From Candidatus Eiseniibacteriota bacterium (GTDB taxonomy: Bacteria > Eisenbacteria > RBG-16-71-46), in assembly GCA_963707915.1 (NCBI GenBank), contig OY970178.1:3072001-3136000 (forward strand): 64,000 nt of DNA. Reading direction: 5' to 3'. Positions 22,266-31,623 of this stretch are shown one piece after another. A program made the position numbers and the translations under genes. Numbering within the stretch: the first letter of the stretch is position 1; each line of letters opens with the position of its first letter. Under the pieces are notes generated by a model. The model made no database searches, had not been told where the DNA came from, and was given only the letters and a program-made list of their open reading frames with translations.

Positions 22266-25007
22266 CTACGCCTCGCGCGGCTCCGGCGCTTCCGGGTCGA
22301 GGCCGTAGTCGCGGATGGCGGCCGCCACGGCCTCGGGCGCGACCTGCCCCTCGCGCGCCAGGGCGGCGAGCGTGGCCACGACGATGTGCTCGGCGTCCAC
22401 CTCGAAGTGCCGGCGCAGGGCCTCGCGCGTGTCGCTGCGGCCGAAGCCGTCGGTGCCGAGCGGGGTGAAGGAGCGCGGCACCCAGCGGGCCACCATGTCG
22501 GGCACCGACTTCATGAAGTCGCTCGCCGCGATCACCGGCCCCGGCGCGTCGCCGAGCGCGGCGGTCACGTAGGGCACGCGCGGCGTCTCGAGCGGGTGCA
22601 GGCGGTTCCAGCGCTCGACCGCGAGCGCCTCGTTGCGCAGTTGCTGGTAGCAGGTCACGCTCCAGACGTCGGCCGCGACGTCGTGGCGCTCCGCGAGCAG
22701 CGCCTGCGCCCGCAGGGCCTCGCGCAGGATGACGCCGCTGCCGAAGAGTTGCGCGCGCTTCGTGCCGGCGCCGCCGCGGCGGAACCGGTACAGGCCGCGC
22801 AGGATGCCCTCCTCCACGCCCTCGGGCATCGGGGCCATGGGGTAGTCCTCGTTGTAGAGCGTGAGGTAGTAGAAGACGTCCTCGCCCCGGGTGTACATGC
22901 GCTCGAGCCCGTCGCGGACGATGACCGTCACCTCGTACGCCCAGGCCGGGTCGTAGGCGAGCAGGTTCGGGATGACCGAGGCGAGCACCAGGCTGTGGCC
23001 GTCCTCGTGCTGCAGGCCCTCGCCGTTGAGCGTGGTGCGGCCCGCGGTGGCGCCGAGCAGGAATCCGCGTCCGCGCATGTCCGCGAAGGCCCAGGCGAAG
23101 TCGCCGGTCCGCTGGAAGCCGAACATCGAGTAGAAGATGTAGAAGGGGATCATCGGCTCGCCGTGCGTGGCGTACGACGTGCCCGCCGCGGTGAAGGCGG
23201 CCATCGAGCCGGCCTCGTCGATGCCCTCCTCGAGCACCTGCCCGTCGGCCTTCTCGACGTAGGAGAGGTAGACCCTCGAGTCCACCGGCTCGTAGCGCTG
23301 TCCGCCCGCGGCGTAGATGCCGACCTCCTTGAACAGCACCTCGAGGCCGAAGGTGCGCGCCTCGTCGGGGATGATGGGCACCACCCGCCGGCCCCAGGCG
23401 GGGTCGTGGATCAGGTTGCGCAGCAGCTTCGCGAAGGCCATGGTGGTCGAGACCGCCTGGTCCCCGCGCGTGCCGGTGAAGAACTCGGCGAACACCGCGT
23501 CCTGCGGCGCCGGCAGCGGCCGGGCGCGCACGATGCGGCGGGGCAGGCAGCCGCCGAGCGCGCGGCAGCGCTCGACCATGTACCGCACCTCGGGGCTGTC
23601 CGGCCCGGGATGGTAGTAGGGCGCGTCCTTGAGCCGGTCGTCGGGGATCGGCAGCTGGAGCCGGTCGCGGAACTTGCGCAGCTCCTCCTCGTTCATCTTC
23701 TTCTGCTGGTGCGCGACGTTGCGCGCCTCGGTGGTGCCGCCCAGCGTCCAGCCCTTGACGGTCTTGGCGAGGATGACCGTGGGCTTGCCCTTGAAGCTCA
23801 CCGCCGCGGTGTAGGCCGCGTAGAGCTTGTGGTAGTCGTGTCCGCCACGGCGCAGCTTCGTCAGCTCGTCGTCGCCCAGGTGCTCCACCATCTTGAGCAG
23901 CCGCGGGTCGCGCCCGAAGAACTTCTCGCGGATGTAGGCGCCGTTCTCGACGGAATAGCGCTGCCACTCGCCGTCCACGGTGTCGTTCATCGCCTCGACC
24001 AGGACGCCGTCGTAGTCCTGCGCCAGCAGCGGGTCCCACTCGCGGCCCCAGATGACCTTGATGACGTTCCAGCCGGCCCCGGTGTAGAGCGCCTCGAGCT
24101 CCTGGATGATCTTGCCGTTGCCCCGCACCGGGCCGTCGAGCCGCTGCAGGTTGCAGTTCACGACGAAGGTCAGGTTGTCGAGGCCCTCGCGGCCCGCCAG
24201 CGCCAGCCCGCCGGAGGCCTCCGGCTCGTCCGTCTCGCCGTCGCCGAGGAAGGCCCAGACCCGCTGTTGCGACGTGTCGGCGAAGCCGCGGGCCTGCAGG
24301 TACCGGTTGAAGTGCGCCTGGTAGACCGCGTTGAGCGGGCCCAGTCCCATCGAGACCGTGGGGAACTCCCAGCAGCCGGGCATGAGCCGCGGGTGCGGGT
24401 ACGAGGACAGCCCGAGCCCGCCGACCTCCTGGCGGAAGTGGTCGAGCTGCTGCTCGCTGATGCGGCCCTGCAGGAAGCCGCGGGCGTAGATGCCGGGCGC
24501 GGCGTGGCCCTGGAAGAAGACCTGGTCGCCGGGCCCGTCGTCCTTGCCGCGGAAGAAGTGGTTGAAGCCCATCTCGTAGAGCGAGGCGCTCGAGGCGTAG
24601 GTCGCGAGGTGCCCGCCCAGGCCGGGGAACAGGTGGTTGGCGCGCAGCACCATGACCACGGCGTTCCAGCGGATGATGCGGCGGATGCGGTGCTCCATCT
24701 CCTCGTCGCCCTGGAAGACGGGCTCCTGCTCGGGGGAGATGGTGTTGATGTAGCGCGACTGCACCAGCCCCGGCAGGCCGATGTGCAGCATGCGCGCCCG
24801 CTTGAGCAGCTTGCGCATCAGGAAGTCGGCGCGCTCGGGTCCGTGCGCCTGGACGACCCCGTCCAGCGCCGCCGTCCACTCGCGGGTCTCCACCGGGTCG
24901 GGATCCGGCAGCTGCCGCTTGAAGCCGTCCAGCTGGCCGAGCCGGTAGCTTTCGCCCGGCTGGAGCTCGTCGTGCTCGGTCAGCGACCCGTCGTCGGTGA
25001 TGCCCAT
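22266..25007 (-). CDS. aceE: Pyruvate dehydrogenase E1, homodimeric type
   Basis: GGHLATYAS, SSYPHP, FPTVSMGLGP, TPP motif GDGETDE...NCN, GEGLQHEDG, GTDGFGRSDTR. Confidence 0.95.
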   Translation of the reverse strand: MGITDDGSLTEHDELQPGESYRLGQLDGFKRQLPDPDPVETREWTAALDGVVQAHGPERADFLMRKLLKRARMLHIGLPGLVQSRYINTISPEQEPVFQGDEEMEHRIRRIIRWNAVVMVLRANHLFPGLGGHLATYASSASLYEMGFNHFFRGKDDGPGDQVFFQGHAAPGIYARGFLQGRISEQQLDHFRQEVGGLGLSSYPHPRLMPGCWEFPTVSMGLGPLNAVYQAHFNRYLQARGFADTSQQRVWAFLGDGETDEPEASGGLALAGREGLDNLTFVVNCNLQRLDGPVRGNGKIIQELEALYTGAGWNVIKVIWGREWDPLLAQDYDGVLVEAMNDTVDGEWQRYSVENGAYIREKFFGRDPRLLKMVEHLGDDELTKLRRGGHDYHKLYAAYTAAVSFKGKPTVILAKTVKGWTLGGTTEARNVAHQQKKMNEEELRKFRDRLQLPIPDDRLKDAPYYHPGPDSPEVRYMVERCRALGGCLPRRIVRARPLPAPQDAVFAEFFTGTRGDQAVSTTMAFAKLLRNLIHDPAWGRRVVPIIPDEARTFGLEVLFKEVGIYAAGGQRYEPVDSRVYLSYVEKADGQVLEEGIDEAGSMAAFTAAGTSYATHGEPMIPFYIFYSMFGFQRTGDFAWAFADMRGRGFLLGATAGRTTLNGEGLQHEDGHSLVLASVIPNLLAYDPAWAYEVTVIVRDGLERMYTRGEDVFYYLTLYNEDYPMAPMPEGVEEGILRGLYRFRRGGAGTKRAQLFGSGVILREALRAQALLAERHDVAADVWSVTCYQQLRNEALAVERWNRLHPLETPRVPYVTAALGDAPGPVIAASDFMKSVPDMVARWVPRSFTPLGTDGFGRSDTREALRRHFEVDAEHIVVATLAALAREGQVAPEAVAAAIRDYGLDPEAPEPREA

Positions 25008-25221
25008 GGAGCTTCGTCCCCTTCGAGTGTGTGCCGCAGTCCCGTCCCCGATTCGATGCGGCCCGCGCCGTCCCGACTCACGCTCCGGCCGCGCCAGCAG
25101 GATAGCGCAGCCGCCCTCGCCAGGTGAACGGCAGAGCCGCACGGAGGGCCGGTGCTCGAAAGGTGTGGCGCGGGGGCGTCTGCCGGCGCCCCCGCGCATC
25201 CCGCGGCCCCGCCACGCCGGC

Positions 25222-27585
25222 CTAGGACGTCAGCGGCTGGTGCCGGTCGAGGGCCTCGCGCAGCTTCTGTGCGATCTGCTGGATCCGGTAGGGCTTGGCC
25301 ACGAAGCTCATCGCGCCCGCCTCCATCCACGAGGACTGGCTCTCGACCGTGGCGTAGCCGCTCGCGATGACCACCGGCAGGGCCGGCCGCAGCCTCCGCA
25401 CCTCGTGCAGGACCCGTTCCCCCGAGATGCCCGGCAGCGTCAGGTCGAGCAGCATCACGTCCACGTGCGGCTCGCCCAGGCGCAGGATCTCCAGCGCCTG
25501 CTCCCCGGTCTCCACCGCCACCACGTCGAACCCGCGCTGCTGCAGGCCCGTGCGCGCCAGCGCCCGCAGGCTCGGCTCGTCGTCCACCACCAGCACGGTC
25601 TCGTGGCCGCGCGCGGTCGCCGCCGCCGGCACCAGCAGCGGCGCCTCGTCGGCCGTGTCCACCGGGAAGACCGCCCGGAACGCGGTCTCGTCCGGGCCCG
25701 CCGCGGTCACCAGCCAGCCCCCGTGGGCCCGCATGATGTCCTCGACGATGGTGAGCGTGAGCCCGGCCCGGTCGGGCGCCGGCTCCACCGCGCGACGCGT
25801 CCGGCGGCCGGGCGTCGTGTTCAGCTCGAGCGTGACGGCGTGGCGCGGCTCGCCCGCGCCGAGCGCCTCCTCCGGGGGGCGCGCCTGCTCGACCAGGCGC
25901 GTCGCCAGCGTGAGCGTGCCGCCCGCGCCGATCCGGTCGCGCACCTCCTGCACGAGGTTCACCAGCACCTGCTGGAGCAGCAGCGAATCGCCCAGCAGCA
26001 GCGGCAGCTCCGGCGCCAGCCGCAGCGTCAGCGAGGCGGACGGGTCGAGGGCGCTGCGCAACACCTCGTAGGCGTCCTCGATCACCCGGTTCAGGTGGAG
26101 CGGCAGCCGCTCGAAGCGCGCACTGCGGCTGAACTCCAGCAGCGCCCGGGTGAGGCGCGATGCCCGCTCGGTGGCGCCGACGATCTGCGCCGCCGCCTCG
26201 TGCCGCGGATCGGGCTCGGGGCTCTGCTCGAGCAGCAGCGTGCCGAAGCCGAGGATGGTGCCGAGCAGGTTGTTGAAGTCGTGCGCGACCCCGCCCGCCA
26301 GCCGGCCCATGCTCTCCATCTTCTGCGCCTGCGTGAGCCGGCGTTGCATCACCCAGCCCGCCGTGATGTCCTCCGCCGTGAGGACGCGTCCCACCACGGC
26401 CCCGCTCGCGTCGTGCAGCGGCCCGGTGTAGGTGCGCAGCACGCGCAGGGGCTCGTGCAGCTCGGCGACGTACTCCTCGGCCTGGTCGCTGGTGAGCCGG
26501 GGGACGGACTCGCCGGCCCCGCCGCCCTGCAGGAGCCGCAGCAGGTCGGGCGTGGTCCGCGCCAGCGGGGTGCCCGGCCGGACCGGCTCGTCGAGCCGCA
26601 GCATCTCGGCCAGGCGCCGGTTGCACAGGGCCACCTCCGCCCGGCCGCGCCGCAGGCGCGCCACCAGCACGCCGGTGGGGATCGCGTCGAGGATGTGGCG
26701 CAGGTGCGCGCGCGACTCGGCCAGCTCCTGCTGGAGCGCGTGGCGGGCGCTCAGGTCCTCGATGAATCCCTGCGCCCGGTCGGCCCACGTCTGCTCGCCG
26801 CGCACCGGGACCACGTGGTTCACCAGGTGGGGCAGGTCGCGGCGGTCGCGGTGCACCCCGGTGAAGTGGATGTCGAAGGGCAGGCCGGCGGCGACCCCGG
26901 CGCGGAACTCCGCACGCACCCGCTCGCGGTCCCCGGGGTGGGCCAGCTCGTCCCACGCCCCGTGGCGCCGCAGCAGCTCCGCGGGCTGGTGCCCGAAGAG
27001 GCGCTCGACCGCGGGGCTCACCTCGATCAGCCGCTCCTCGGGCAGCGCCATGGTCCAGGCCACGCCCGGCAGCGCCTCGGCGGCCGCGCGCTGCAGGCCG
27101 TCGGCCGCGCGGACGGTGGCGCGCGCGCGCAGCGCGGCGGTGGTGTCGTGCAGGTGCAGGAGCATGCTCCCGTCCGGCAGGCGCAGCGCCTCGACCTGGC
27201 ACTGGAGCGGCTGGCCCTCGAGGTCCGTCAGCGTGACCTCGTCGCGCAGCGGGCCCGCGCCGTCGGCCAGCCGCCGGGGAACGTCCGCGTCGCCGAGCAC
27301 CCGGGCCAGCAGCGCGGACTCGAGCACCGAGCGGCCGCGCAGGCGGCCTTCGGGCAGGCGGAGCAGGCGGTCCGCGGCGGCGTTCACCATCCGGACGATG
27401 AAGTCGGGCCCGAACAGGATCATCGGGTCCGCCGTGGCCTCGAAGAACGGCGCGAGCGCGGGGTCGGCGGCGGGGGGGCCGCCGCCGCTCTCGCCGGGGG
27501 ACGGATGGCGCGCGGGCGGGAGCCCGACGATCAGCGGATGCGCGGCGAGGAAGTGCCAGGCGGACCGCACTCCGGTGGATCTCAT
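25222..27585 (-). CDS. PAS-PAS-PAS hybrid histidine kinase/receiver with degenerate HATPase domain
   Basis: QKMESMGRLAGGVAHDFNNLL H-box; receiver VVDDE...LLD...SG...KP; N and G boxes eroded. Confidence 0.85.
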   Translation of the reverse strand: MRSTGVRSAWHFLAAHPLIVGLPPARHPSPGESGGGPPAADPALAPFFEATADPMILFGPDFIVRMVNAAADRLLRLPEGRLRGRSVLESALLARVLGDADVPRRLADGAGPLRDEVTLTDLEGQPLQCQVEALRLPDGSMLLHLHDTTAALRARATVRAADGLQRAAAEALPGVAWTMALPEERLIEVSPAVERLFGHQPAELLRRHGAWDELAHPGDRERVRAEFRAGVAAGLPFDIHFTGVHRDRRDLPHLVNHVVPVRGEQTWADRAQGFIEDLSARHALQQELAESRAHLRHILDAIPTGVLVARLRRGRAEVALCNRRLAEMLRLDEPVRPGTPLARTTPDLLRLLQGGGAGESVPRLTSDQAEEYVAELHEPLRVLRTYTGPLHDASGAVVGRVLTAEDITAGWVMQRRLTQAQKMESMGRLAGGVAHDFNNLLGTILGFGTLLLEQSPEPDPRHEAAAQIVGATERASRLTRALLEFSRSARFERLPLHLNRVIEDAYEVLRSALDPSASLTLRLAPELPLLLGDSLLLQQVLVNLVQEVRDRIGAGGTLTLATRLVEQARPPEEALGAGEPRHAVTLELNTTPGRRTRRAVEPAPDRAGLTLTIVEDIMRAHGGWLVTAAGPDETAFRAVFPVDTADEAPLLVPAAATARGHETVLVVDDEPSLRALARTGLQQRGFDVVAVETGEQALEILRLGEPHVDVMLLDLTLPGISGERVLHEVRRLRPALPVVIASGYATVESQSSWMEAGAMSFVAKPYRIQQIAQKLREALDRHQPLTS

Positions 27586-27865
27586 GACGAGCCTCGCGAG
27601 TGTCGCGACCGGCGCGTGCGAGCCGGTGCGAGTCGTTGGATGCTTTCACCGACGGAGAGCGCGGTCAAGAGGTCCCCGTGGGCCCGTCGGGCGGGCGCGC
27701 GATGCGCCCGCCCGCGGCGGTCGTCCGGCCCGCACCCGCGGGCCTGCGGGTTCCCACTCGCACCGTCTCCGTATGACTGCGTATGCCACTCTCCTCAGTG
27801 ATACGGAACCAGCGTATCGGATGCACGAATTCTCCCATCGTAGCGCGTTTCGAGCGCGGATTTCC

Positions 27866-27894
27866 TTGACGCGGCTCGGGCCGCTGCATAGTGT
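27866..27894 (+). promoter_or_regulatory. Possible sigma70 promoter for TonB receptor
   Basis: TTGACG-17 nt-TAGTGT. Confidence 0.45.
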
Positions 27895-28162
27895 CCGCCA
27901 TCCGCGGACGGCGTTCATCCTCACGAGGCTCGTGGAGACGCGCGTCGGTCGCGGCCAGCGCGCGCGCCGGACCTGGATGCCGAAGGCCGCCCGGTCCGTC
28001 ACCCTTGCGCGCGGGTGCGTGCATCCCTCGTTCACATCCGCTGGCACTCCGGGGACGGCGTCCGGGTCCGGCTGTCGGGCCGCATCGCCGCAACGCCAGC
28101 CGCACCGGCCGCGCTCGGACGAGCGCGGCGCCGCGGCTCATCTCGGGAGGAGGCAGGAACCG

Positions 28163-30391
28163 ATGCATCGTCACGATCCCCGCGGGGGCCGCGTGCCCCA
28201 TCCCGCGGCCATGGCGGCAATCCTGGCAGCGGGTCTGGCGCTCGCGGCCGTGGCCCCGGTGCTGGCGGCCGAGGCCGGGCCCCGCGCCGCGTTCTCCGAC
28301 ACGACCCGGCCGGTGGTGTTCCTCAAGGAGACCCTGGTGACCGGCGCGCGCTACCCGCGCGCCTACTTCGAGTCGCCGCAGTCGCTCTCCTTCGTCAACG
28401 CGCAGCAGTTGCGCGAATCGGCGCCGCTGGTCCTCGGTGACGTCCTCTCGACCATCCCCGGCGTCGAGAGCAACAAGGACAGCCCCTGGGAGCAGCGCCC
28501 GTCGATCCGCGGCCTCACCGGCCAGCGCGTGCTGGTGCTGGTGGACGGCACGCCGATGAACAGCGTGCGTGGCAACGGGCCGCACCCTTCGCTCGTCGAT
28601 CCTTCCCAGGTGGAGCGGATCGAGGTCGTGCGGGGCCCGTCGTCCGTGGCGTACGGCTCCGACGCCATCGGCGGCGTGATCAACATCATCACGCGCGAGC
28701 CGCGCTTCACCGGGCCGGACCAGGTCCTGCGCGGTTCGGCGAACATCGGCGGGGGCTTCAGCGGTCTGCCCGAACGGAACGGCTCGCTCGAACTCTCGGC
28801 CCGGATGCAGAAGCTCTCGGGAATCATCGCAGGCAGCGGCCGCAGGAGCGACGACTTCAGGAACGCCGACGGCACGGTCCCGCATTCGAGTTTCAGCGAC
28901 TGGAACGCGCTCGCGAACCTGCGCTACGACCTCACCGACCGTCTCGCGCTCAAGGGCGGCTACCAGTTGTACCGCGCCAGCAAGGTCGGCATCCCCGGGC
29001 TGGACGTCACCGTGCCGGGTTACTCGCAGATCTTCCAGTTCAAGAACTATGACCGCGACTTCGCCCACCTGGCGCTCGACCATCAGTATGCCGAGTCCTC
29101 CTGGCTGTCGACCACGCACATCAAGACCTACTGGCAGCGGGAGAACCGCGACTTCTACTCGGACATCGGCATCGCCATCCCGATGGGCCCGGGGATGAAC
29201 GGGCACCTGGCGCTCGCCAAGGACCGCATCCTCGACCTCAACACCTACGGCCTGCAGGTGCAGATGACGTCGCGGAAGACCGCGCTCTACCGGTTCAGCG
29301 CCGGGGTGGACGCGTCCCGGGACATCACCGGCGGGATCAACTCCGAGCTGCAGACGATGACGACGCCGTTCGGCGACCCGCCCCCGTCGATCGATACGTC
29401 CGGCTCGGTGCCCGTCGGTCGTTTCGACAACTACGCGGGGTTCGCACAGGGCGAGTTCTTCCTCGGGCGGCAGTGGACGCTGAACGCGGGCGGGCGCTAC
29501 ACGCACTACCGCTATCGCACGGACCGCACGTTCATGGAGCACGCGGCGGTCGCGGGGGAGCCGGACTTCTACTTCGAGCCGCAGAGTCGTGACGACGACG
29601 CCCTGTCGGGCTCGCTGGGGCTGGTCTACACGCCGGTCGCGGACCTTCACCTCACGGCGAACGTGGCGAACGGCTATCGCGAGCCGAACGCCCAGGACCT
29701 GTTCTTCAGCGGGCCGGGTTCGGTGGGGTTCGTGGTCGGCAACCCGGACCTCAAGCCCGAGCGGAGCGTCTCGTACGACCTGGGCCTGCGCTGGGGGCCG
29801 CGCACGCTGGCCATCTCGGGCAACGTCTTCTACTCGACCTTCAAGGACCTGATCAACGCCCTGCCAACGGCGCCGCCGCCGGAGGCGAAGGGTGAAAACA
29901 CCTACCGCTACACGAACATCACTACGGCCACGATGTGGGGCGGCGAGGCCGAGGCCGAGTGGCGCTTCCACCCGCAATGGACGGCGCGCACCGGGATGTC
30001 CGGCACGGTGGGTGACATCACCAACCGCGCGGCGATCCTCGAGATCTACGGCGTCAGCGCCGACCGCGTGCCGCTGGAGCTGGTGCCGCCCTTCCGCGGG
30101 CTGGCCTCGCTGCGCTGGACGGAGCCCGCGCGCCGCTTCTGGGCCGAGGTGGGGGCCCGCTATTCCTGGCGCACGAACCGCCTGCCGCCGGTCACTCCCG
30201 GGGCGGAGCAGCTCACCGAGTACAAGAAGGAGTGGATCGTCGGGGACGTGGCTGCCGGGGCCCGCTTCGACACCGGGCAACGCGTCGTGCTGGGCGTGCG
30301 GAACTTCACCGACCTCCGCTACCGGCAGGCGCTGGGCTCGGTCGTGGAGCCGGGCACGACCTTCTACTGCTCGCTGAGCAGCGACTTCTAG
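28163..30391 (+). CDS. TonB-dependent receptor (heme/metal-chelate/B12-type superfamily)
   Basis: RBS GGAGGAGG; ETLVTG TonB box; plug IRGL...VLVDG...ERIEVVRGPSSVAYGSDAIGGVINIIT; YREP/NPDL; C-terminal F. Confidence 0.9.
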   Translation: MHRHDPRGGRVPHPAAMAAILAAGLALAAVAPVLAAEAGPRAAFSDTTRPVVFLKETLVTGARYPRAYFESPQSLSFVNAQQLRESAPLVLGDVLSTIPGVESNKDSPWEQRPSIRGLTGQRVLVLVDGTPMNSVRGNGPHPSLVDPSQVERIEVVRGPSSVAYGSDAIGGVINIITREPRFTGPDQVLRGSANIGGGFSGLPERNGSLELSARMQKLSGIIAGSGRRSDDFRNADGTVPHSSFSDWNALANLRYDLTDRLALKGGYQLYRASKVGIPGLDVTVPGYSQIFQFKNYDRDFAHLALDHQYAESSWLSTTHIKTYWQRENRDFYSDIGIAIPMGPGMNGHLALAKDRILDLNTYGLQVQMTSRKTALYRFSAGVDASRDITGGINSELQTMTTPFGDPPPSIDTSGSVPVGRFDNYAGFAQGEFFLGRQWTLNAGGRYTHYRYRTDRTFMEHAAVAGEPDFYFEPQSRDDDALSGSLGLVYTPVADLHLTANVANGYREPNAQDLFFSGPGSVGFVVGNPDLKPERSVSYDLGLRWGPRTLAISGNVFYSTFKDLINALPTAPPPEAKGENTYRYTNITTATMWGGEAEAEWRFHPQWTARTGMSGTVGDITNRAAILEIYGVSADRVPLELVPPFRGLASLRWTEPARRFWAEVGARYSWRTNRLPPVTPGAEQLTEYKKEWIVGDVAAGARFDTGQRVVLGVRNFTDLRYRQALGSVVEPGTTFYCSLSSDF

Positions 30392-30414
30392 CTCCGCGCG
30401 TCACCGAAAACGGA

Positions 30415-30440
30415 GGGGGCGCCTCGCAGGAGGCGCCCCC
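30415..30440. terminator. Bidirectional intrinsic terminator
   Basis: GGGGGCGCCTC-GCAG-GAGGCGCCCCC, flanked by AAAA and TTGTTTTG, between convergent genes. Confidence 0.8.
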
Positions 30441-30490
30441 GCTCGTTGTTTTGTCGGAGCCGTCGCGCCACGCGTCGGCGCGACGCCCTG

Positions 30491-31579
30491 CTACCGCTTG
30501 AGCTTCGGATTGCTCATCGCCCGCTGCGCGTGGGCGGCCGTGAGCCCCTCGGTCTTCGAGTCGGCGCCGCTGATGAAGTTGATCGAGGACTGCAGCAGCC
30601 CCACGATGTACTTCGGATTGTGCACGCCGTGGCTGCGGTCGTCCTGGACCAGGATCAGGTTGTACACCGCGCCGGCCGAGTCGGCCGACGTCTTCACGGC
30701 CGCCGGCGTCGCGGGGCCGCTCGCATTCGCCGTGACCAGGTTCGCGGCGACCAGGCGCGTCTGCAGATCCAGGATCAGGGCGTCCACCTCGTCCTGCGAG
30801 CGCCCGCTCCCGGCGCCGACCTCCGCGAAGTCGCCGATCTCGCCGTGGCACTTCAGGCAGGCCTCGGTGTTGAGGACCTCCCCGCCGTTCAGCTCGTAGG
30901 CCATGTTGAACGAGTGTCCGCCCACGACGTTCTGGAGCGTCGTCCGCATGTGGCAGTCGAGGCAGCCGTCGGTGGTCGCGGAGCGGTGGTTCGTCCGCTC
31001 GTAGGTGTAGCCGGCGTACTCGTAGCCGTTCGAGCCGATCAGCATGTCACCCTGTGGGCCGTGGTGCGGGCCGAAGCGGTTGCTCAGCGTGGTCCGCGCC
31101 GGAGCGGCGGCGATGTAGGTGCGGATGTCGCGCCGCGAACGGTGGCAGGCCAGGCAGAGGTTGCCGCCCTTCAGGTCGTAGGTCGCGCCGTTCATCAGCG
31201 TCGCGACGGTCGTCCAGCGCACGCGGAAGTCGCCGTTGGTGTGGGGCGCGTGGCAGGTGAAGCAGTGGATCGACGTCGGGTTCTCGACCACGTCGGCGAT
31301 CGGGGCGCCGGTCGCGCGGGCCACGAAGCCCTCGCTGGTGTGGCAGCCCTTGCAGTCGCCGTCCTTCTCGTTGAGGGTCTCGCCGCTCGCGTGCTTGGAG
31401 TGCTCCCACTGCTGCACCGCGGCCACCAGGAACGTGCTGGTGTCGGAGTGGCACTCGAAGCAGCTCTGCGGTCCCGCCACCACCTGCTGGACGCGCGTGA
31501 TGTTGCGCGAACACGCGGCGAGCGCGAGCCCGAGCACCGCGATCGCCGCCAACGCCATGAGTCTCTTGAACGCCACCAT
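30491..31579 (-). CDS. Hexaheme c-type cytochrome lipoprotein (outer membrane partner of porin-cytochrome complex)
   Basis: RBS GGAGGA; lipobox LAAC; CFECH, CKGCH, CFTCH, CLACH, CLDCH, CLKCH. Confidence 0.9.
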   Translation of the reverse strand: MVAFKRLMALAAIAVLGLALAACSRNITRVQQVVAGPQSCFECHSDTSTFLVAAVQQWEHSKHASGETLNEKDGDCKGCHTSEGFVARATGAPIADVVENPTSIHCFTCHAPHTNGDFRVRWTTVATLMNGATYDLKGGNLCLACHRSRRDIRTYIAAAPARTTLSNRFGPHHGPQGDMLIGSNGYEYAGYTYERTNHRSATTDGCLDCHMRTTLQNVVGGHSFNMAYELNGGEVLNTEACLKCHGEIGDFAEVGAGSGRSQDEVDALILDLQTRLVAANLVTANASGPATPAAVKTSADSAGAVYNLILVQDDRSHGVHNPKYIVGLLQSSINFISGADSKTEGLTAAHAQRAMSNPKLKR

Positions 31580-31623
31580 CTCCGTGTCCTCCTCCGTGGT
31601 TGGCAACTGTCGCCTGGTCCGGT

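Noticed and set aside
27895..28162. Cobalamin riboswitch or Fur box before the TonB receptor
   Set aside because: No B12-box or AT-rich Fur consensus recognisable
26432..28162. Long N-terminal extension of the TonB receptor (1319 aa ORF)
   Set aside because: Antisense to the kinase; RBS and signal peptide indicate a start at 28163
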